A DNA stretch of 64,000 nucleotides from a bacterium. Lineage in GTDB: Bacteria > Electryoneota > Electryoneia > Electryoneales > Electryoneaceae. This document shows positions 1 to 11,074 of this stretch, in pieces. The DNA is taken from assembly GCA_963669175.1 (NCBI GenBank), contig OY769902.1:2016001-2080000 (forward strand), written 5' to 3'. How positions within the stretch are numbered: position 1 is the first letter of the stretch; every line of letters starts with the position of its first letter. Made by a program: the position numbers and the translations under genes. The notes under the pieces were generated by a model, which made no database searches, was not told the origin of the DNA, and saw only the letters and a list, made by a program, of their open reading frames with translations.

Positions 1-1333
1 GAAGGAAGGCGGCAACCCGCAGACAGCATTGAATGTCGGTACCTTCGGCGCCGCATTCCTGATGATCCCGATTACCTATTTCATCGTTGCCTGGCTGTTG
101 CCGAATCCGCAGACCATCATTGACAGCATTTCCGGTCGTGAATACGAACTGACGGCAATGGGTATTTTCATTGCGACTATCGTCGGTTTGATCGCCGGTG
201 TTGCTATCGGTATGCTGACAGAGTATTACACTGCCAAGGACAAGAAGCCGGTTCTCCAGATTGCCGAGCAGTCCCTGACCGGTCCGGCGACTAACATCAT
301 CTCCGGTCTTGCCACGGGTATGTTCTCGACCGCATGGCCGCTGTTGGTTCTGTCCGTTGCCATCGTTCTGGCTTACATGTTTGCCAACCTTTACGGTATC
401 GCTATTGCAGCGTTGGGCATGCTGTCCACCACAGGTATTCAGCTTGCAGTTGACGCTTACGGTCCGGTCGCTGACAATGCTGGTGGTATCGCCGAAATGG
501 CGGAGCTTCCCCCGGAAGTCCGTGAACGCACTGACAACCTCGACGCCGTCGGTAACACCACAGCAGCCATCGGCAAGGGTTTTGCCATTGGTTCTGCCGC
601 CTTGACCGCCCTGGCGTTGTTCTCCGCGTTTGTAACCGTTGTAAAGGCGAACAATCCCGGTGTTGACGTTTCCATCAACATCCTGAATCCGACAGTAATG
701 GCCGGTATGTTTGTCGGCGGTATGCTGCCGTTCCTGTTCAGCTCCTTCGCGATGAATGCGGTTGGTAGCGCGGCCAAGGACATGATCGAAGAAGTTCGTC
801 GTCAGTTTACCACGATTCCGGAACTGAAGGCTGCGCTTGCGATCATGAAGGTTCGCGAAAAAGAAGACTGGACCGATGAGGACAAGAAGGTCATCGACCA
901 GGCACGTGGCAAAGCACAGTATGCCAAGTGTGTAGACATTTCTACTGCTGCCGCAATCAAGCGTATGATCACCCCGGGCCTCATTGCCGTGATCGTGCCG
1001 CCGCTGGTTGGTTTCCTGTTCGGCGCTGTCATGCTGGGTGGTGTGTTGGCCGGTGTGACTGTAACCGGTGTACTGATGGCTATCTTCATGGCCAACGCCG
1101 GTGGCGCGTGGGATAATGCTAAAAAGCAGATTGAAGGTGGTTTTACTGCCAATGATGGCGTGACCTATAAAAAGGGCAGCGAAGCGCACAAGGCCGCTGT
1201 CGTTGGTGATACCGTAGGCGACCCCTTTAAGGATACTGCCGGTCCGTCCCTGAACATCCTCATCAAGCTTATGAGTGTAGTGTCCCTGGTTATCAGCCCG
1301 CTGCTGACACTTGGCGGTCTGCTGAAGTTCTAG
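1..1333 (+). CDS. hppA: Membrane-bound Na+/H+-translocating pyrophosphatase, K+-dependent type (5' part outside window)
   Basis: Motifs [60 protein letters not shown]; many TM helices; GNTTAA (Ala) is the K+-dependent signature. Confidence 0.97.
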   Translation, partial: KEGGNPQTALNVGTFGAAFLMIPITYFIVAWLLPNPQTIIDSISGREYELTAMGIFIATIVGLIAGVAIGMLTEYYTAKDKKPVLQIAEQSLTGPATNIISGLATGMFSTAWPLLVLSVAIVLAYMFANLYGIAIAALGMLSTTGIQLAVDAYGPVADNAGGIAEMAELPPEVRERTDNLDAVGNTTAAIGKGFAIGSAALTALALFSAFVTVVKANNPGVDVSINILNPTVMAGMFVGGMLPFLFSSFAMNAVGSAAKDMIEEVRRQFTTIPELKAALAIMKVREKEDWTDEDKKVIDQARGKAQYAKCVDISTAAAIKRMITPGLIAVIVPPLVGFLFGAVMLGGVLAGVTVTGVLMAIFMANAGGAWDNAKKQIEGGFTANDGVTYKKGSEAHKAAVVGDTVGDPFKDTAGPSLNILIKLMSVVSLVISPLLTLGGLLKF

Positions 1334-1357
1334 GACACTCTCACATATTCAGTTTCT

Positions 1358-1391
1358 GCGCCAGTTCGGTTAATCCGGGCTGGCGCTTTTT
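1358..1391 (+). terminator. Rho-independent terminator after hppA
   Basis: gcgccagttcgg-ttaat-ccgggctggcgc stem (with G-U pairs) followed by ttttt. Confidence 0.8.
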
Positions 1392-1562
1392 CCTTGTAGA
1401 AACTCATTGTTCTTCTTTTTCCGAATCTTCATTCGCAATACGTGTCTGTAACATAGTATATTTATCGGATTATCCAGTGATTTGCCTGCCTTGATTGACG
1501 TGATTGCTACATGTAAGCGAACATTGCAAAAAACAAAAGCAAGTCGAGAAACTGGTCAGAAG

Positions 1563-4382
1563 ATGCTGAATACTACTCTACTCACTGTTCCAGCGTTTAC
1601 CTTGAACGGAGCCGGGGACATTTTCGACAAGAATAATCTATTCATCGAGTTCGCCAGGTTATACCGCTTTCCCGCTTCAGACACACTCCATGACTTGCTC
1701 GCCGGGTACAAGATTGATGCAGGTGAGGACTTCGATACAGTTAATACCTGGATTAACCTGATATTTCAGAATGAAGAATCTTTGCCTGAACTGGTATTAC
1801 ATCCTGTGTCTGAACAGGAACAAGATGTAAATACCGTTGCCATGAATACGCTTCGCCTTCGTGTACTCTGTAGAGATGGCGCCAAGGCAATGATTGAGGC
1901 TATTTCGAATTCAGCTTTGACGTCAAATCTGCTGCTTTCCAGGAATCTATATGATATCTATAAGACAGTATTTGCCAGGAATACATCTCCGATGATGTTT
2001 ACGGATGCGACCGGGATTATTGGGGATGTCAATGAAAGCGCTTTATCCCTGCTGAATCTTTCCAGAAAAGATATCGTCGGACATTCTTTATCCGAATTGG
2101 ACATATTTACTCTTTCCGAAAGACCTTCACTCCTGCTGAACCTGACCAGGGCGCTTGATGGTACCCCCACAGAACAGAGCCTGAAGATTGATTCCGGGCA
2201 GGGAGTGTTTAAGCCTGTTGCCTGCAATATGACGCCGCTAATCATCAAACAAGTAGTCAAGGGCGTAATGATATCCTGCAGTAATATCAGTTCGCAGGAA
2301 CGGATCCAGGAGGCGTTGCGCGAGAGCGAAGAGCGTTTCCAGGTGGTTGTTGACAATGTACATGAGGGGATCATTGTATTTGATCACAAGTATCGCGCGA
2401 CTTACGTAAACTCTGCGATGGTAAACATTTTCGGTACGACCAGGGAAGATATTCTGGGGCAGGATTTCCGGATGCTGTTGCCTGAGGGTAGTTGGCGGCA
2501 GATCCAGAACGCAGGCGCGCCAGGTGACAGTACACTCAAACCGGCCCGAAAGTATGAAAGTGATATTGTCCGAAAGAACGGCACCAAAAGGCGCGTGGAG
2601 ATTACTTCGTCCCTGATGCTGGATTCGAAAGGACAAATTCTTACCATTGCGGAGTTTTTTGATATTACCGAACGGGTTCGCGCTGAGAACAGGATAAAAA
2701 GACGGCTGTACATTGAAGAGGCGATTGCTGAAATTTCACGTCTATTCATCACTGCGGACGAACCGGACTATGTGAAACTGGTTACCCTGGTCCGTTCATC
2801 TTTTGAATCGGATTCGATAGCTCTCCTCCAGATTGACCGCGAAAAAAGCGCTGTAAATCTTGTCATTCACCAGGGAAGTGATAGCAGGCAGGTAAATGAC
2901 GATGAGGACTACACGTTCTATACCAGTGGCACCTCGCTTTGGTTTGAACGTCTTCTGCGTGGCGAGAACCTTGTTTTAACCCCTTCTGAAATTCGAGGTT
3001 CACAAAACCTCTGTCAGTTTGAGAAGCTTTTCCCGGTTGATTACCAGTCAGTGGTTGTTATTCCTGTCCTGGAAAACGCGCTTTCGCTTGAAGGTTATAT
3101 TTTGATTGCGGGTTCGTTGGACGACCGTAATTGGGGACGTGAGGATCTGAGTGCGTTGCGTGTTATTGCGGACATGGTAGGAAAGCACTGGGGCCGCATT
3201 CGCACAGCGCAAAAACTCAGGCGGACAGAAGATCAACTCAATCAGTCGATGAAGATGCAGGCGCTGGGACAGTTGGCAGGTGGTGTTGCACACGATTTCA
3301 ATAATCTGCTTACGGTTATTACCGGTCAATCCGATCTTGCGATGATGATACTGGATGATGATAACCCGGTTAAAAAGAAAATCAGCGACATTCAGCAATC
3401 TGCTATTCGCGGCGCGAACCTGACTCGTCAACTGCTTGCCTTCAGCCGAACACAAGTGCTGGATGCAGGTCGGGTAGATCTGAATGAAATTATCCGCAAC
3501 CTGCTGACCATGTTGAAGAGATTGATCGGTGAACATATACAGCTGGAGACGGATCTTGAAGAACACCTGCACCCGGTCCGTGCCAATATAGGGCAGGTAG
3601 AGCAGGTTATTATCAACCTTGTGATCAACGCGCGCGACGCGATGACAAAAGGGGGAATGATTTCCATTAAAACAAAGAATATCCAACTTGATGAAAAAAG
3701 CATCGAAGCGAACCCGGATATTGTACAGGAGGACTATATTCAGCTTGTGGTACAGGATACAGGCACTGGCATCAAGCAGGACATCCTGAACAAGATATTC
3801 GATCCCTTTTTCACGACCAAGTCGCACGGTAAGGGAACCGGTCTGGGACTGTCTACCGTGTATGGTATTGTGCGACAGGCGGATGGCTACATTGATATTC
3901 AGACCGAGATAGACCGTGGCACTGTGTTCAGTGTCTATTTACCGATGGACCTGGTGGAAGATGCGATTGAGCAGGTCAAAGTAACCGAAGTTGAATCGCT
4001 TTACGGTCAGGAATCCATTATCGTGGTTGAAGATGAGGCCGATGTTCGCGAAATGGCAGTGCAGGTGCTGGAGTTGTACGGGTACAATGTAATTGAAGCA
4101 GAGGATGGGTTGGATGCTTTGAAGAAATGTATCGGCAACAAGCAGGAGGTGGACCTGGTTGTTACGGACATGGTCATGCCAAACATGGGAGGCATTGATC
4201 TTGTTCAGCGACTACGTGAAATATGGCCAGATTTGAGAGTACTTTTAATGTCAGGGTATCCTACGGACGTTATTGAGCATGAAGTGAAGCTGGATGAGAA
4301 AACTTCTTTCCTTCAGAAGCCCTACAGGGCAGAGGAACTGGTCCAAAGTGTCCGTGAAATACTGAATGTCATCAATGAGTAG
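1563..4382 (+). CDS. Hybrid sensor histidine kinase/response regulator (PAS-PAS-GAF-HisKA-HATPase-REC)
   Basis: H-box AGGVAHDFNNLL, N-box NLVINARDAM, DTGTGI, FFTTK, GTGLGL; C-terminal receiver VVEDE...TDMVMP...KPY; start could be 1482 (TTG). Confidence 0.95.
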   Translation: MLNTTLLTVPAFTLNGAGDIFDKNNLFIEFARLYRFPASDTLHDLLAGYKIDAGEDFDTVNTWINLIFQNEESLPELVLHPVSEQEQDVNTVAMNTLRLRVLCRDGAKAMIEAISNSALTSNLLLSRNLYDIYKTVFARNTSPMMFTDATGIIGDVNESALSLLNLSRKDIVGHSLSELDIFTLSERPSLLLNLTRALDGTPTEQSLKIDSGQGVFKPVACNMTPLIIKQVVKGVMISCSNISSQERIQEALRESEERFQVVVDNVHEGIIVFDHKYRATYVNSAMVNIFGTTREDILGQDFRMLLPEGSWRQIQNAGAPGDSTLKPARKYESDIVRKNGTKRRVEITSSLMLDSKGQILTIAEFFDITERVRAENRIKRRLYIEEAIAEISRLFITADEPDYVKLVTLVRSSFESDSIALLQIDREKSAVNLVIHQGSDSRQVNDDEDYTFYTSGTSLWFERLLRGENLVLTPSEIRGSQNLCQFEKLFPVDYQSVVVIPVLENALSLEGYILIAGSLDDRNWGREDLSALRVIADMVGKHWGRIRTAQKLRRTEDQLNQSMKMQALGQLAGGVAHDFNNLLTVITGQSDLAMMILDDDNPVKKKISDIQQSAIRGANLTRQLLAFSRTQVLDAGRVDLNEIIRNLLTMLKRLIGEHIQLETDLEEHLHPVRANIGQVEQVIINLVINARDAMTKGGMISIKTKNIQLDEKSIEANPDIVQEDYIQLVVQDTGTGIKQDILNKIFDPFFTTKSHGKGTGLGLSTVYGIVRQADGYIDIQTEIDRGTVFSVYLPMDLVEDAIEQVKVTEVESLYGQESIIVVEDEADVREMAVQVLELYGYNVIEAEDGLDALKKCIGNKQEVDLVVTDMVMPNMGGIDLVQRLREIWPDLRVLLMSGYPTDVIEHEVKLDEKTSFLQKPYRAEELVQSVREILNVINE

Positions 4383-4417
4383 GTTTCCAGGGGTGGTAGG
4401 AACGGAGTAAAAGAGTT

Positions 4418-5602
4418 TTGCAGATTACAACAGTAGAACAGCTTGAACCAGGCGCCATGCTGGGCAAGTCCCTTTTCAACAACCGGGGTGAGTTGCTGCT
4501 TGCTGCCGGGTATGAAATCGACCGGGAGATGATCGGTTCGCTTAAACGTGCCCAGATCAACTATGTGTTTACGGTAGATGAGCTGAACGCCGGAATCGAG
4601 CCGCAAGAAACAATCTGTGAGGTTATTCGACAGGCTACCACACAAAAGCTGGTCGAATCTTTCGATAATATTCGTGACAATGATCCTCTGAAAAACCTGT
4701 CCGTTGCCAACCTGAAAGACCGTCTGGAAAATGATTCCAAGCTGAAAAACCTGATTGTTGCTCCGAAAATGAAACAGGCCGTGAGCGATATTCTAGAAGA
4801 ACTCTTTGCCAATCATATAAGCAAGTTCACCGCTTTTCCCGCAGCAGCTCAATCCAAGGCGGACCATGATCATGCGATGGATGTGAGCCTGCTCAGCCTG
4901 CTGATCGCCCAGCATTTTTACTACGACAAGAAAGAACTGCGCTCGCTTGGAGTGGCGGCATTGGTCCATGATGTGGGGAAACTTGTTGCGCAGGGCCGAC
5001 TGGAAGCGGCGGATTTTGAAGAACTGTCAGAACGAGATCAGATGGTTCTGCGTGAACATCCCGTAATTTCCATGCTGATTCTGAAAGGCAGCGATCCTGA
5101 AGCGTTTTCGGAACAGGCGACTGTAATCCAGCATCACGAACTGGCCAATGGGACCGGGTATCCGCAGGCCTTGCGCGGTTGTGGGCAACCACCGAAAAAA
5201 GACCGGCAAAGGAAGCAGGGGATTATCTTTCGACACGCAGAAATTCTCGCGGTTGCAAATTACTATGACAACCTCATCAGTGGCGCTATTGATGGCATCC
5301 AGTATCCCTCAGCCAGGGCGATTGCACGTATTATTGATGAAGCCGGGACGTTGTGGAATCCGTATGTCGCTCGTGTGCTGCCGAAAGTGATCCAGAGCTT
5401 CCCGGCAGGTGTGACTGTGAAAATCGCGAACAATTCGACCGGTATCTTTGCCGGGTACCGTGGTATTATTTCCAAAGCAAACGAAGAAGATCCCACCAAA
5501 CCGCAGATTGTCCTCACCCATAATCCCAACGGTCAACCGATCAAACCGGAGATGATCGACTTCAGTTTCGAACGGTATATGGAGCTGGAAGTGGTTCTCT
5601 GA
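4418..5602 (+). CDS. HD-GYP domain protein (cyclic dinucleotide phosphodiesterase family)
   Basis: HDVGK, REHP, HHELANGTGYP motifs; typical N-terminus LEPGAMLGKSLFN and C-terminal FPAGVTVK..KPQI. Confidence 0.9.
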   Translation: MQITTVEQLEPGAMLGKSLFNNRGELLLAAGYEIDREMIGSLKRAQINYVFTVDELNAGIEPQETICEVIRQATTQKLVESFDNIRDNDPLKNLSVANLKDRLENDSKLKNLIVAPKMKQAVSDILEELFANHISKFTAFPAAAQSKADHDHAMDVSLLSLLIAQHFYYDKKELRSLGVAALVHDVGKLVAQGRLEAADFEELSERDQMVLREHPVISMLILKGSDPEAFSEQATVIQHHELANGTGYPQALRGCGQPPKKDRQRKQGIIFRHAEILAVANYYDNLISGAIDGIQYPSARAIARIIDEAGTLWNPYVARVLPKVIQSFPAGVTVKIANNSTGIFAGYRGIISKANEEDPTKPQIVLTHNPNGQPIKPEMIDFSFERYMELEVVL

Positions 5603-5722
5603 AGTTGGAAAGTTGGAAAGTTCTAAAGTTATTGGTTTTCTTTATCGAAGTGAAAAAAGTAGTCAGTGAAAAAAGTGAAAAAGGACTACACCGAAGTAAA
5701 TAAAGTAGTCAGTGAAAAAGGA
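5601..5722 (+). repeat. AAAGTTnn 8-mer array followed by A-rich AAAAAAGT-type repeats
   Basis: gaagttggaaagttggaaagttctaaagtt then aagtgaaaaaagtagtcagtgaaaaaag repeated. Confidence 0.8.
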
Positions 5723-5731
5723 CCAAAAGTT

Positions 5732-5839
5732 GGGTGGCCCGATTTTGCCCTGTGATGATGTTGATACCAATGTTGCGCTTGATCCTGAAACAGAGCTTCT
5801 TATCGCACCGGAATCCTGTGGGCAAAGTCGGGATTATGA
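5732..5839 (+). repeat. ~108-bp long-loop hairpin element (GGGTGGCCCGA...TCGGGATTRTGA family)
   Basis: gggtggcccgattttgccc...gggcaaagtcgggattatga; colinear with reverse complement of 18051-18158. Confidence 0.85.
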
Positions 5840-5867
5840 TTGAGGCTACAATGAAAAGAAGACTGGG

Positions 5868-7793
5868 TCATTCCCGTCCGAACATCCTGTGCAGGTCGTG
5901 CAGTGAGAGGTTGACCACGACCGGACGTCCATGCGGGCAGACAAACGGGTATTGCGTCTGGAACAGCTCGTCGATCAGGGCGTTCATCTCTTCGAGGTTC
6001 AGTGGATCACCGGCTTTGATCGCCGCCTTGCAGGCGAAGGTCGCAGCGAGACGTTCTTCCGGCGCCATTTTAACCTCGTGGCTGGCCTGATAATCGGCCA
6101 GGATCTCACGCAGCAAGCGTTCTTCACCCTTGATACGGACACCCGTAGGAAGGCTTTTAATCGCCCAATCGTTCCCGCCCACATTCTCCACTTCCAATCC
6201 CATCGTCAGCAGTTTATCCGCCAGATCCTCCAGTAGGTCCGAATCAACGGGATTCAGTTGCACCACGACCGGGAAAAGAAGCTGTTGTCCGCTCCAGGGA
6301 CGATCTTTCATTGATGCAATGGCACGTTCGAACAGGATACGTTCATGCGCCACATGCTGATCAATGATCACCAACCCACTCTTCACTTGGGACAGGATAT
6401 AGGTGTTATGAATCTGCCAGACACGGGTACGTTCCACACTGCCACCGGAGGAGGCGGACGCTTGCGTTGGCTGGGGCGAAGCTGACTGGGATCCAGGTTG
6501 TGCCGGAGTTTCCGGTTGCGAAGTAGCGGCTGTATCATACGCTGGCGCAGAAATAGGAGCGGCACTATGTGCAGATGGAGTCGGGCATGAATCATGGTAT
6601 GGTTCCGGGATGGCCGATGAGGGCTGACGTTGTACGGGTGGCAGTCCGAACATCAGTTCCAGTTCCTGGATACCGTCCATCTGCCTGCTGTGCGGGAGTG
6701 GAGCCGGAGCGCCAAGGCGTCGCCCACTGGCCGCGGGCGCTTGTACCGGGGCGCCGCCATCACGGACAGACAGCCCCAACGCCTCACGTACTGCTGTCTT
6801 GACCGCGACAAAAGCCAGGCTGTCATCACGAAAGCGGACTTCATGCTTTGCCGGGTGGACGTTGACATCAAACTCTTCCGGGTCCAAACGCAGAAACAAC
6901 ACAAAAAACGGATGCTGGCCGGGCTGAATCAGGGGGCCGAATCCGGTGGTGACAGCATAGGATAGCGAGGAATGCTGGAACGGCCGACGGTTCACATAGA
7001 GGAACTGGTCCGCGCTGGCTTTCGAATTCTTGAACAGTCCACTCCCTCCGATGATGCCGGAAACGGCAATATCGCCGACCCGACGCTCCACCTTGTGTAA
7101 CTCGCCACGATGCTTCTCGCCAAACAGGTCAATGATACGGTCGGTCAGATCGTTCGGTTGCAGATCCTTTTCCACCTTGTCATCTTTTTCCAGAGTCCAG
7201 TGAAGTTCCGGATAGGCGATGGCATAGCTGATGAAAATCTTGTAAATGCGGGCATATTCGGTGCGTGGCGCGCGAAGGAACTTCCGTCGAGCAGGCACAT
7301 TGTAAAACAGGCTGCGGACTTTTACCGTGGTCCCGCGTTCACGAGCCGCCGGTTCCGGTCCCTTGGGATGGCCGCCATCGACACGGTAGAGGTGGGCGGT
7401 ATCACGGTCATCGCGTTTACTGACAATCTCCACCCGCGCCACACTGGCGACAGATGGCAACGCTTCACCTCGAAAACCAAGGTGAGTGATCCGGTTCAGA
7501 TCGTTGGCGTCTTTGATTTTGGACGTGGCATGCCGTCGCAGGGCAAGTTGCAGGTCTTCCTGGTCCATGCCCCAGCCGTCATCCGATACAAGGATCTCAT
7601 CAAGCCCGGCGTTCTTCACGCTGACAGTAATATGTGTAGCTTCCGCATCGAGGGCGTTTTCCACCAGTTCTTTCACGACCGAGGCGGGACGTTCCACGAC
7701 TTCACCGGCTGCGATACGGTTTGCGACTCCTTCCGGAAGCACCTGTATGGACTTGGTCGGAAGCAGGGGGGCTGAGTTGGCTGGAGTAGGCAT
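5868..7793 (-). CDS. mutL: DNA mismatch repair protein MutL (endonuclease type)
   Basis: IAAGEVVERPASVVKELVEN, GFRGEAL, DVNVHPAK, DQHVAHERILFE, ACK, CPHGRP. Confidence 0.98.
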   Translation of the reverse strand: MPTPANSAPLLPTKSIQVLPEGVANRIAAGEVVERPASVVKELVENALDAEATHITVSVKNAGLDEILVSDDGWGMDQEDLQLALRRHATSKIKDANDLNRITHLGFRGEALPSVASVARVEIVSKRDDRDTAHLYRVDGGHPKGPEPAARERGTTVKVRSLFYNVPARRKFLRAPRTEYARIYKIFISYAIAYPELHWTLEKDDKVEKDLQPNDLTDRIIDLFGEKHRGELHKVERRVGDIAVSGIIGGSGLFKNSKASADQFLYVNRRPFQHSSLSYAVTTGFGPLIQPGQHPFFVLFLRLDPEEFDVNVHPAKHEVRFRDDSLAFVAVKTAVREALGLSVRDGGAPVQAPAASGRRLGAPAPLPHSRQMDGIQELELMFGLPPVQRQPSSAIPEPYHDSCPTPSAHSAAPISAPAYDTAATSQPETPAQPGSQSASPQPTQASASSGGSVERTRVWQIHNTYILSQVKSGLVIIDQHVAHERILFERAIASMKDRPWSGQQLLFPVVVQLNPVDSDLLEDLADKLLTMGLEVENVGGNDWAIKSLPTGVRIKGEERLLREILADYQASHEVKMAPEERLAATFACKAAIKAGDPLNLEEMNALIDELFQTQYPFVCPHGRPVVVNLSLHDLHRMFGRE

Positions 7794-7798
7794 AACTT

Positions 7799-8140
7799 TT
7801 ACTTCTTTACTGTATCCTGTTTACTGCCCAGCGAGTCCGGAGCAGGTTCCATCTCTACAACATCAACTGCAATCAGGGCGTCTTCCTCTGAGATTTCGAT
7901 GGTTTTCAGTGTCTCCTCGTCTGTCTCACGCAGGGGTTTGAGTCCCCACATGATGGCGACGACGATAAAGAGGAAGATGATGAACCGGAACGGACTTCGT
8001 TTCCGTCTTGTGTATTTGGATTGAGCGCGTTTTCCGGTGAAGTTGATACGGTCACGGACAGATTTTTCCTTCCGTTGATCGTAGTATACCGGTGTGTATT
8101 CAAACCGTTTGTGGGTCGGTCCTTTTCTGCCGAATAACAT
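7799..8140 (-). CDS. Small single-pass membrane hypothetical protein
   Basis: Basic N-terminus (FEYTPVYYD), one TM helix, acidic tail; abuts dacB and mutL. Confidence 0.75.
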   Translation of the reverse strand: MLFGRKGPTHKRFEYTPVYYDQRKEKSVRDRINFTGKRAQSKYTRRKRSPFRFIIFLFIVVAIMWGLKPLRETDEETLKTIEISEEDALIAVDVVEMEPAPDSLGSKQDTVKK

Positions 8141-9672
8141 CAGTTCGCCTCCACACCATATTGATCGAGGAGTTGAAGCACACTGACGATGTACCGGTCA
8201 AGGTCCGCGGAAAGATTCCCGAACGAATTATTAGAATCAGCCGTCGGGCTGTTGTTTACTATCACACAGAACGTCCCTATCGGGTTCCCGTCATCATCCA
8301 GAAAATACCCGGCGAGACTACGGTTGCGAGACATGCTCCCGGTTTTTGCCCGGATACGTCCGAAACCATTCAACAGACGGTTTTCCAAGGTTGATCCGGT
8401 CTCACCCGGTTCTGGCAAGAGATCAAGCCAGCGTTCTCCCCAGCGATTGTGCGAATATAACAGCAAGTCAGTTACCTGCTGTGGGGAAAGGTTATCCCGC
8501 CGGGCAAGACCGCTGCCGTCCATGCTGTTCGAGGTCACGCCATCAACCTGTAGTTCATTATAGATAGTCGCTGCGTCTGCGAATTCCACATGGTCTTCTA
8601 CAACACGTGATGTTGTATACAGCAGTTGTTCCGCCCAGAGGTTATTGCTGGTCTTCAGCATGGCGCTGACCAGGCTGTCCAGGGGAAGACTCTGATGAAT
8701 AATGCCAATGGTTTCCCCTTCTGGGCGTTCAGGAGCGAATAGCGTGGGCGCCACCGAATCACCGCCCGTTATCCCGGTAAGGAAGAATGCCTGCCGCAGT
8801 GCATCGGCGGTCAACATCCGGGGGTCTTGAGCATTGAAGGTTTCGCCTTGCCACAGTGACAAGTCCCAATCAGCAGGTTGATCTTCTTCGTATGTGAATG
8901 TGCCCTGGTTCAAGCCAAACAGGATGTTAAAATCGCTCAGACGATAAGAGGCGTAATTCATACTCCAGAACGCATGCGAGGGACAACAGCGAGCAATGGT
9001 GTTTGGTCCCCAATGTCCTTCCACTTTAACCAGGCCGTCGTTCCAGCTCAACTGGCTGACGACTGGAGCGTAACGGTACATCAGGTCTTCCGACTCCCAG
9101 TTAAAGGGAGGCACAATAAGCCCGGCGGGAATGATTTTACCATCTATTTGTCGCAAGCCCTTCAGGTAAAACAGTTCAGCCCATGCTTTCAGGTGTTCCC
9201 AGGGCCATTCCGCGTAAGGCCGCGAACCGGACAGCGAAGGATCCCAGCCACCTTTGATCACCAGGTCGCCATGCAGAACTCCGGCAGAATCCATGGGGCC
9301 GGTGCTGTAGATTTCCGTTTCCCAGCGATAGTCTTCCGGCAGGCTGTGCAAGACATACGCTGCTGTGATCAACTTCATGACAGAAGAGGGGACCATAAGC
9401 CGGTTGGGATCATAGGCGTACAGCGCTGATCCGTCCATGGCGCGAATATCAAGGGCAACAGTCGCTCCGAGCTCTTCTTCATTGATCACCAGGAGACTGT
9501 CCGCGGTGGCGGAAAGCTGTTGTTCCAGCGTAGGGATTTCATGTTCCGGTGAACGGAACAGACCGCTGGAACAACCTGCCAGAAGGAAAAATGACAGGCC
9601 GACAGTAAAAAGAAGGTGTATCGGGTGAAATCGCGGAATCATTACTCTAGTACCGTTCTTCTCTGAAGTCAA
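8140..9672 (-). CDS. dacB: D-alanyl-D-alanine carboxypeptidase/endopeptidase (PBP4, peptidase S13), lipoprotein
   Basis: SxxK (PSSVMKL), GDLVIKGGWDPSL, SxN (TSNN), DGSGL, KTG; lipobox LAGC. Confidence 0.93.
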   Translation of the reverse strand: MTSEKNGTRVMIPRFHPIHLLFTVGLSFFLLAGCSSGLFRSPEHEIPTLEQQLSATADSLLVINEEELGATVALDIRAMDGSALYAYDPNRLMVPSSVMKLITAAYVLHSLPEDYRWETEIYSTGPMDSAGVLHGDLVIKGGWDPSLSGSRPYAEWPWEHLKAWAELFYLKGLRQIDGKIIPAGLIVPPFNWESEDLMYRYAPVVSQLSWNDGLVKVEGHWGPNTIARCCPSHAFWSMNYASYRLSDFNILFGLNQGTFTYEEDQPADWDLSLWQGETFNAQDPRMLTADALRQAFFLTGITGGDSVAPTLFAPERPEGETIGIIHQSLPLDSLVSAMLKTSNNLWAEQLLYTTSRVVEDHVEFADAATIYNELQVDGVTSNSMDGSGLARRDNLSPQQVTDLLLYSHNRWGERWLDLLPEPGETGSTLENRLLNGFGRIRAKTGSMSRNRSLAGYFLDDDGNPIGTFCVIVNNSPTADSNNSFGNLSADLDRYIVSVLQLLDQYGVEAN

Positions 9673-9714
9673 CCGTTCAATATACGCATCCGGAACACGG
9701 AGAATGCAGAGAGA

Positions 9715-10350
9715 TTACTGTCCGGCGAAAAGATGCAGGAAAAAATCCGTGATCGGCCCCAGAACCGACCAGATAAGCGAATAGCCGCTGACCATACCGA
9801 ACAGGATAATGGCTACAAGGACAACCCCGCCATAGCGTTCGAAGAGGCGGTACTGTTTTTCGTACCGATCCGGCCAAACGGAATGCAGGATGCGTGATCC
9901 ATCCAACGGCGGGATCGGGATCAGGTTAAAGATGCCGAGGCTGATGTTGATATACATCCCGGCAAATAACAACTGGTATACGATGGCTGCCACACCATAC
10001 TGCGGTTCGCCGATCATACGCAGCAACAGCCCGAACACCGCAGCGACCAGCATGTTGGTTATCGGACCGGCCAGGGCAACCAGCAGCATGTCACGTTTGG
10101 CGTTTTGGAAATAGGTCGGATTGACCCGTACCGGTTTGGCCCAGCCAAAATGCACGATGAACAGCATGATCGTGCCAATCAGGTCCAGGTGCTTGATCGG
10201 GTTGAGGGTGAGGCGGCCATCACGTCGTGGAGTCGGGTCGCCCAAACGATCCGCCACGATACCGTGAGCCAACTCATGCAGGGTCAGACCCAACAGGATC
10301 GAAGGAGCCAGAAGTAACAATAATTTGGGATCACCCATGACGAGCCTCAC
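9715..10350 (-). CDS. Site-2 protease family (M50) membrane metalloprotease
   Basis: HELAH, GDPTP..GRLTLNP, GWAKPV, NLIPIPPLDG. Confidence 0.95.
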   Translation of the reverse strand: MRLVMGDPKLLLLLAPSILLGLTLHELAHGIVADRLGDPTPRRDGRLTLNPIKHLDLIGTIMLFIVHFGWAKPVRVNPTYFQNAKRDMLLVALAGPITNMLVAAVFGLLLRMIGEPQYGVAAIVYQLLFAGMYINISLGIFNLIPIPPLDGSRILHSVWPDRYEKQYRLFERYGGVVLVAIILFGMVSGYSLIWSVLGPITDFFLHLFAGQ

Positions 10351-10479
10351 ACCTCACGTTTTGCAATGTGTCTATCTTCTGCGCAATATAGGTTTCCAAC
10401 ACAAGGGAACCAATGTCCTCTTATACGGTAGAACCTGGGATGAGTTTCAATTGCGTCAAATAAGGAGTATCTTGTAACC

Positions 10480-11043
10480 ATGGCAAACGGAAATGCGTCG
10501 ATCAATACGGATAACCAGCTTCCCGGGTTATCGATTCGTGACATGGTGCGTCAGGCGTCCCTCCAGTTGCGTGGGACCAGCCGTAAGACGGACAACGGGT
10601 ATATTATTGAAATGCGTAATTACAGCGAGAATCTGCTGACGCGCATATACCTGATGCGGTCTAAAGCTATTCCCGGCGCAACGGATTTGAAGGTGGAGAC
10701 GGGCAAGCTGAAAGACGAGGTGATCACGTCTGCGATTACCCTGGCGAATATCCTGCATCTGTACGTGACCTGGGAATCTCACGGAATGGTGAGTTTCTGC
10801 TATGCCAATGATGGACGTTTTACCCTGGTCAATGTCAGTTACGAGACCGGCTCGTTTATCCTGAACAGTATTGATCGTCGAGCCAATGAAAAGGTGGACG
10901 AGATTTCTGCATCCGCACGCACTCAGCGTCGAACATTCTACCATATAGGCACCCTCTTTGACCGAGCCAAGCAGGTAGTTGATGAAAGCGAAATCATTGA
11001 TGAGGCGGAAGAACGGCACGATCAGGAAGCAAAACAGAACTAG
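10480..11043 (+). CDS. Hypothetical protein
   Basis: 187-aa ORF with aaggag RBS upstream, co-oriented with prmA; no family recognised. Confidence 0.75.
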   Translation: MANGNASINTDNQLPGLSIRDMVRQASLQLRGTSRKTDNGYIIEMRNYSENLLTRIYLMRSKAIPGATDLKVETGKLKDEVITSAITLANILHLYVTWESHGMVSFCYANDGRFTLVNVSYETGSFILNSIDRRANEKVDEISASARTQRRTFYHIGTLFDRAKQVVDESEIIDEAEERHDQEAKQN

Positions 11044-11074
11044 GTAACGATAGACCTCCCACCCCGAGAAAGTC

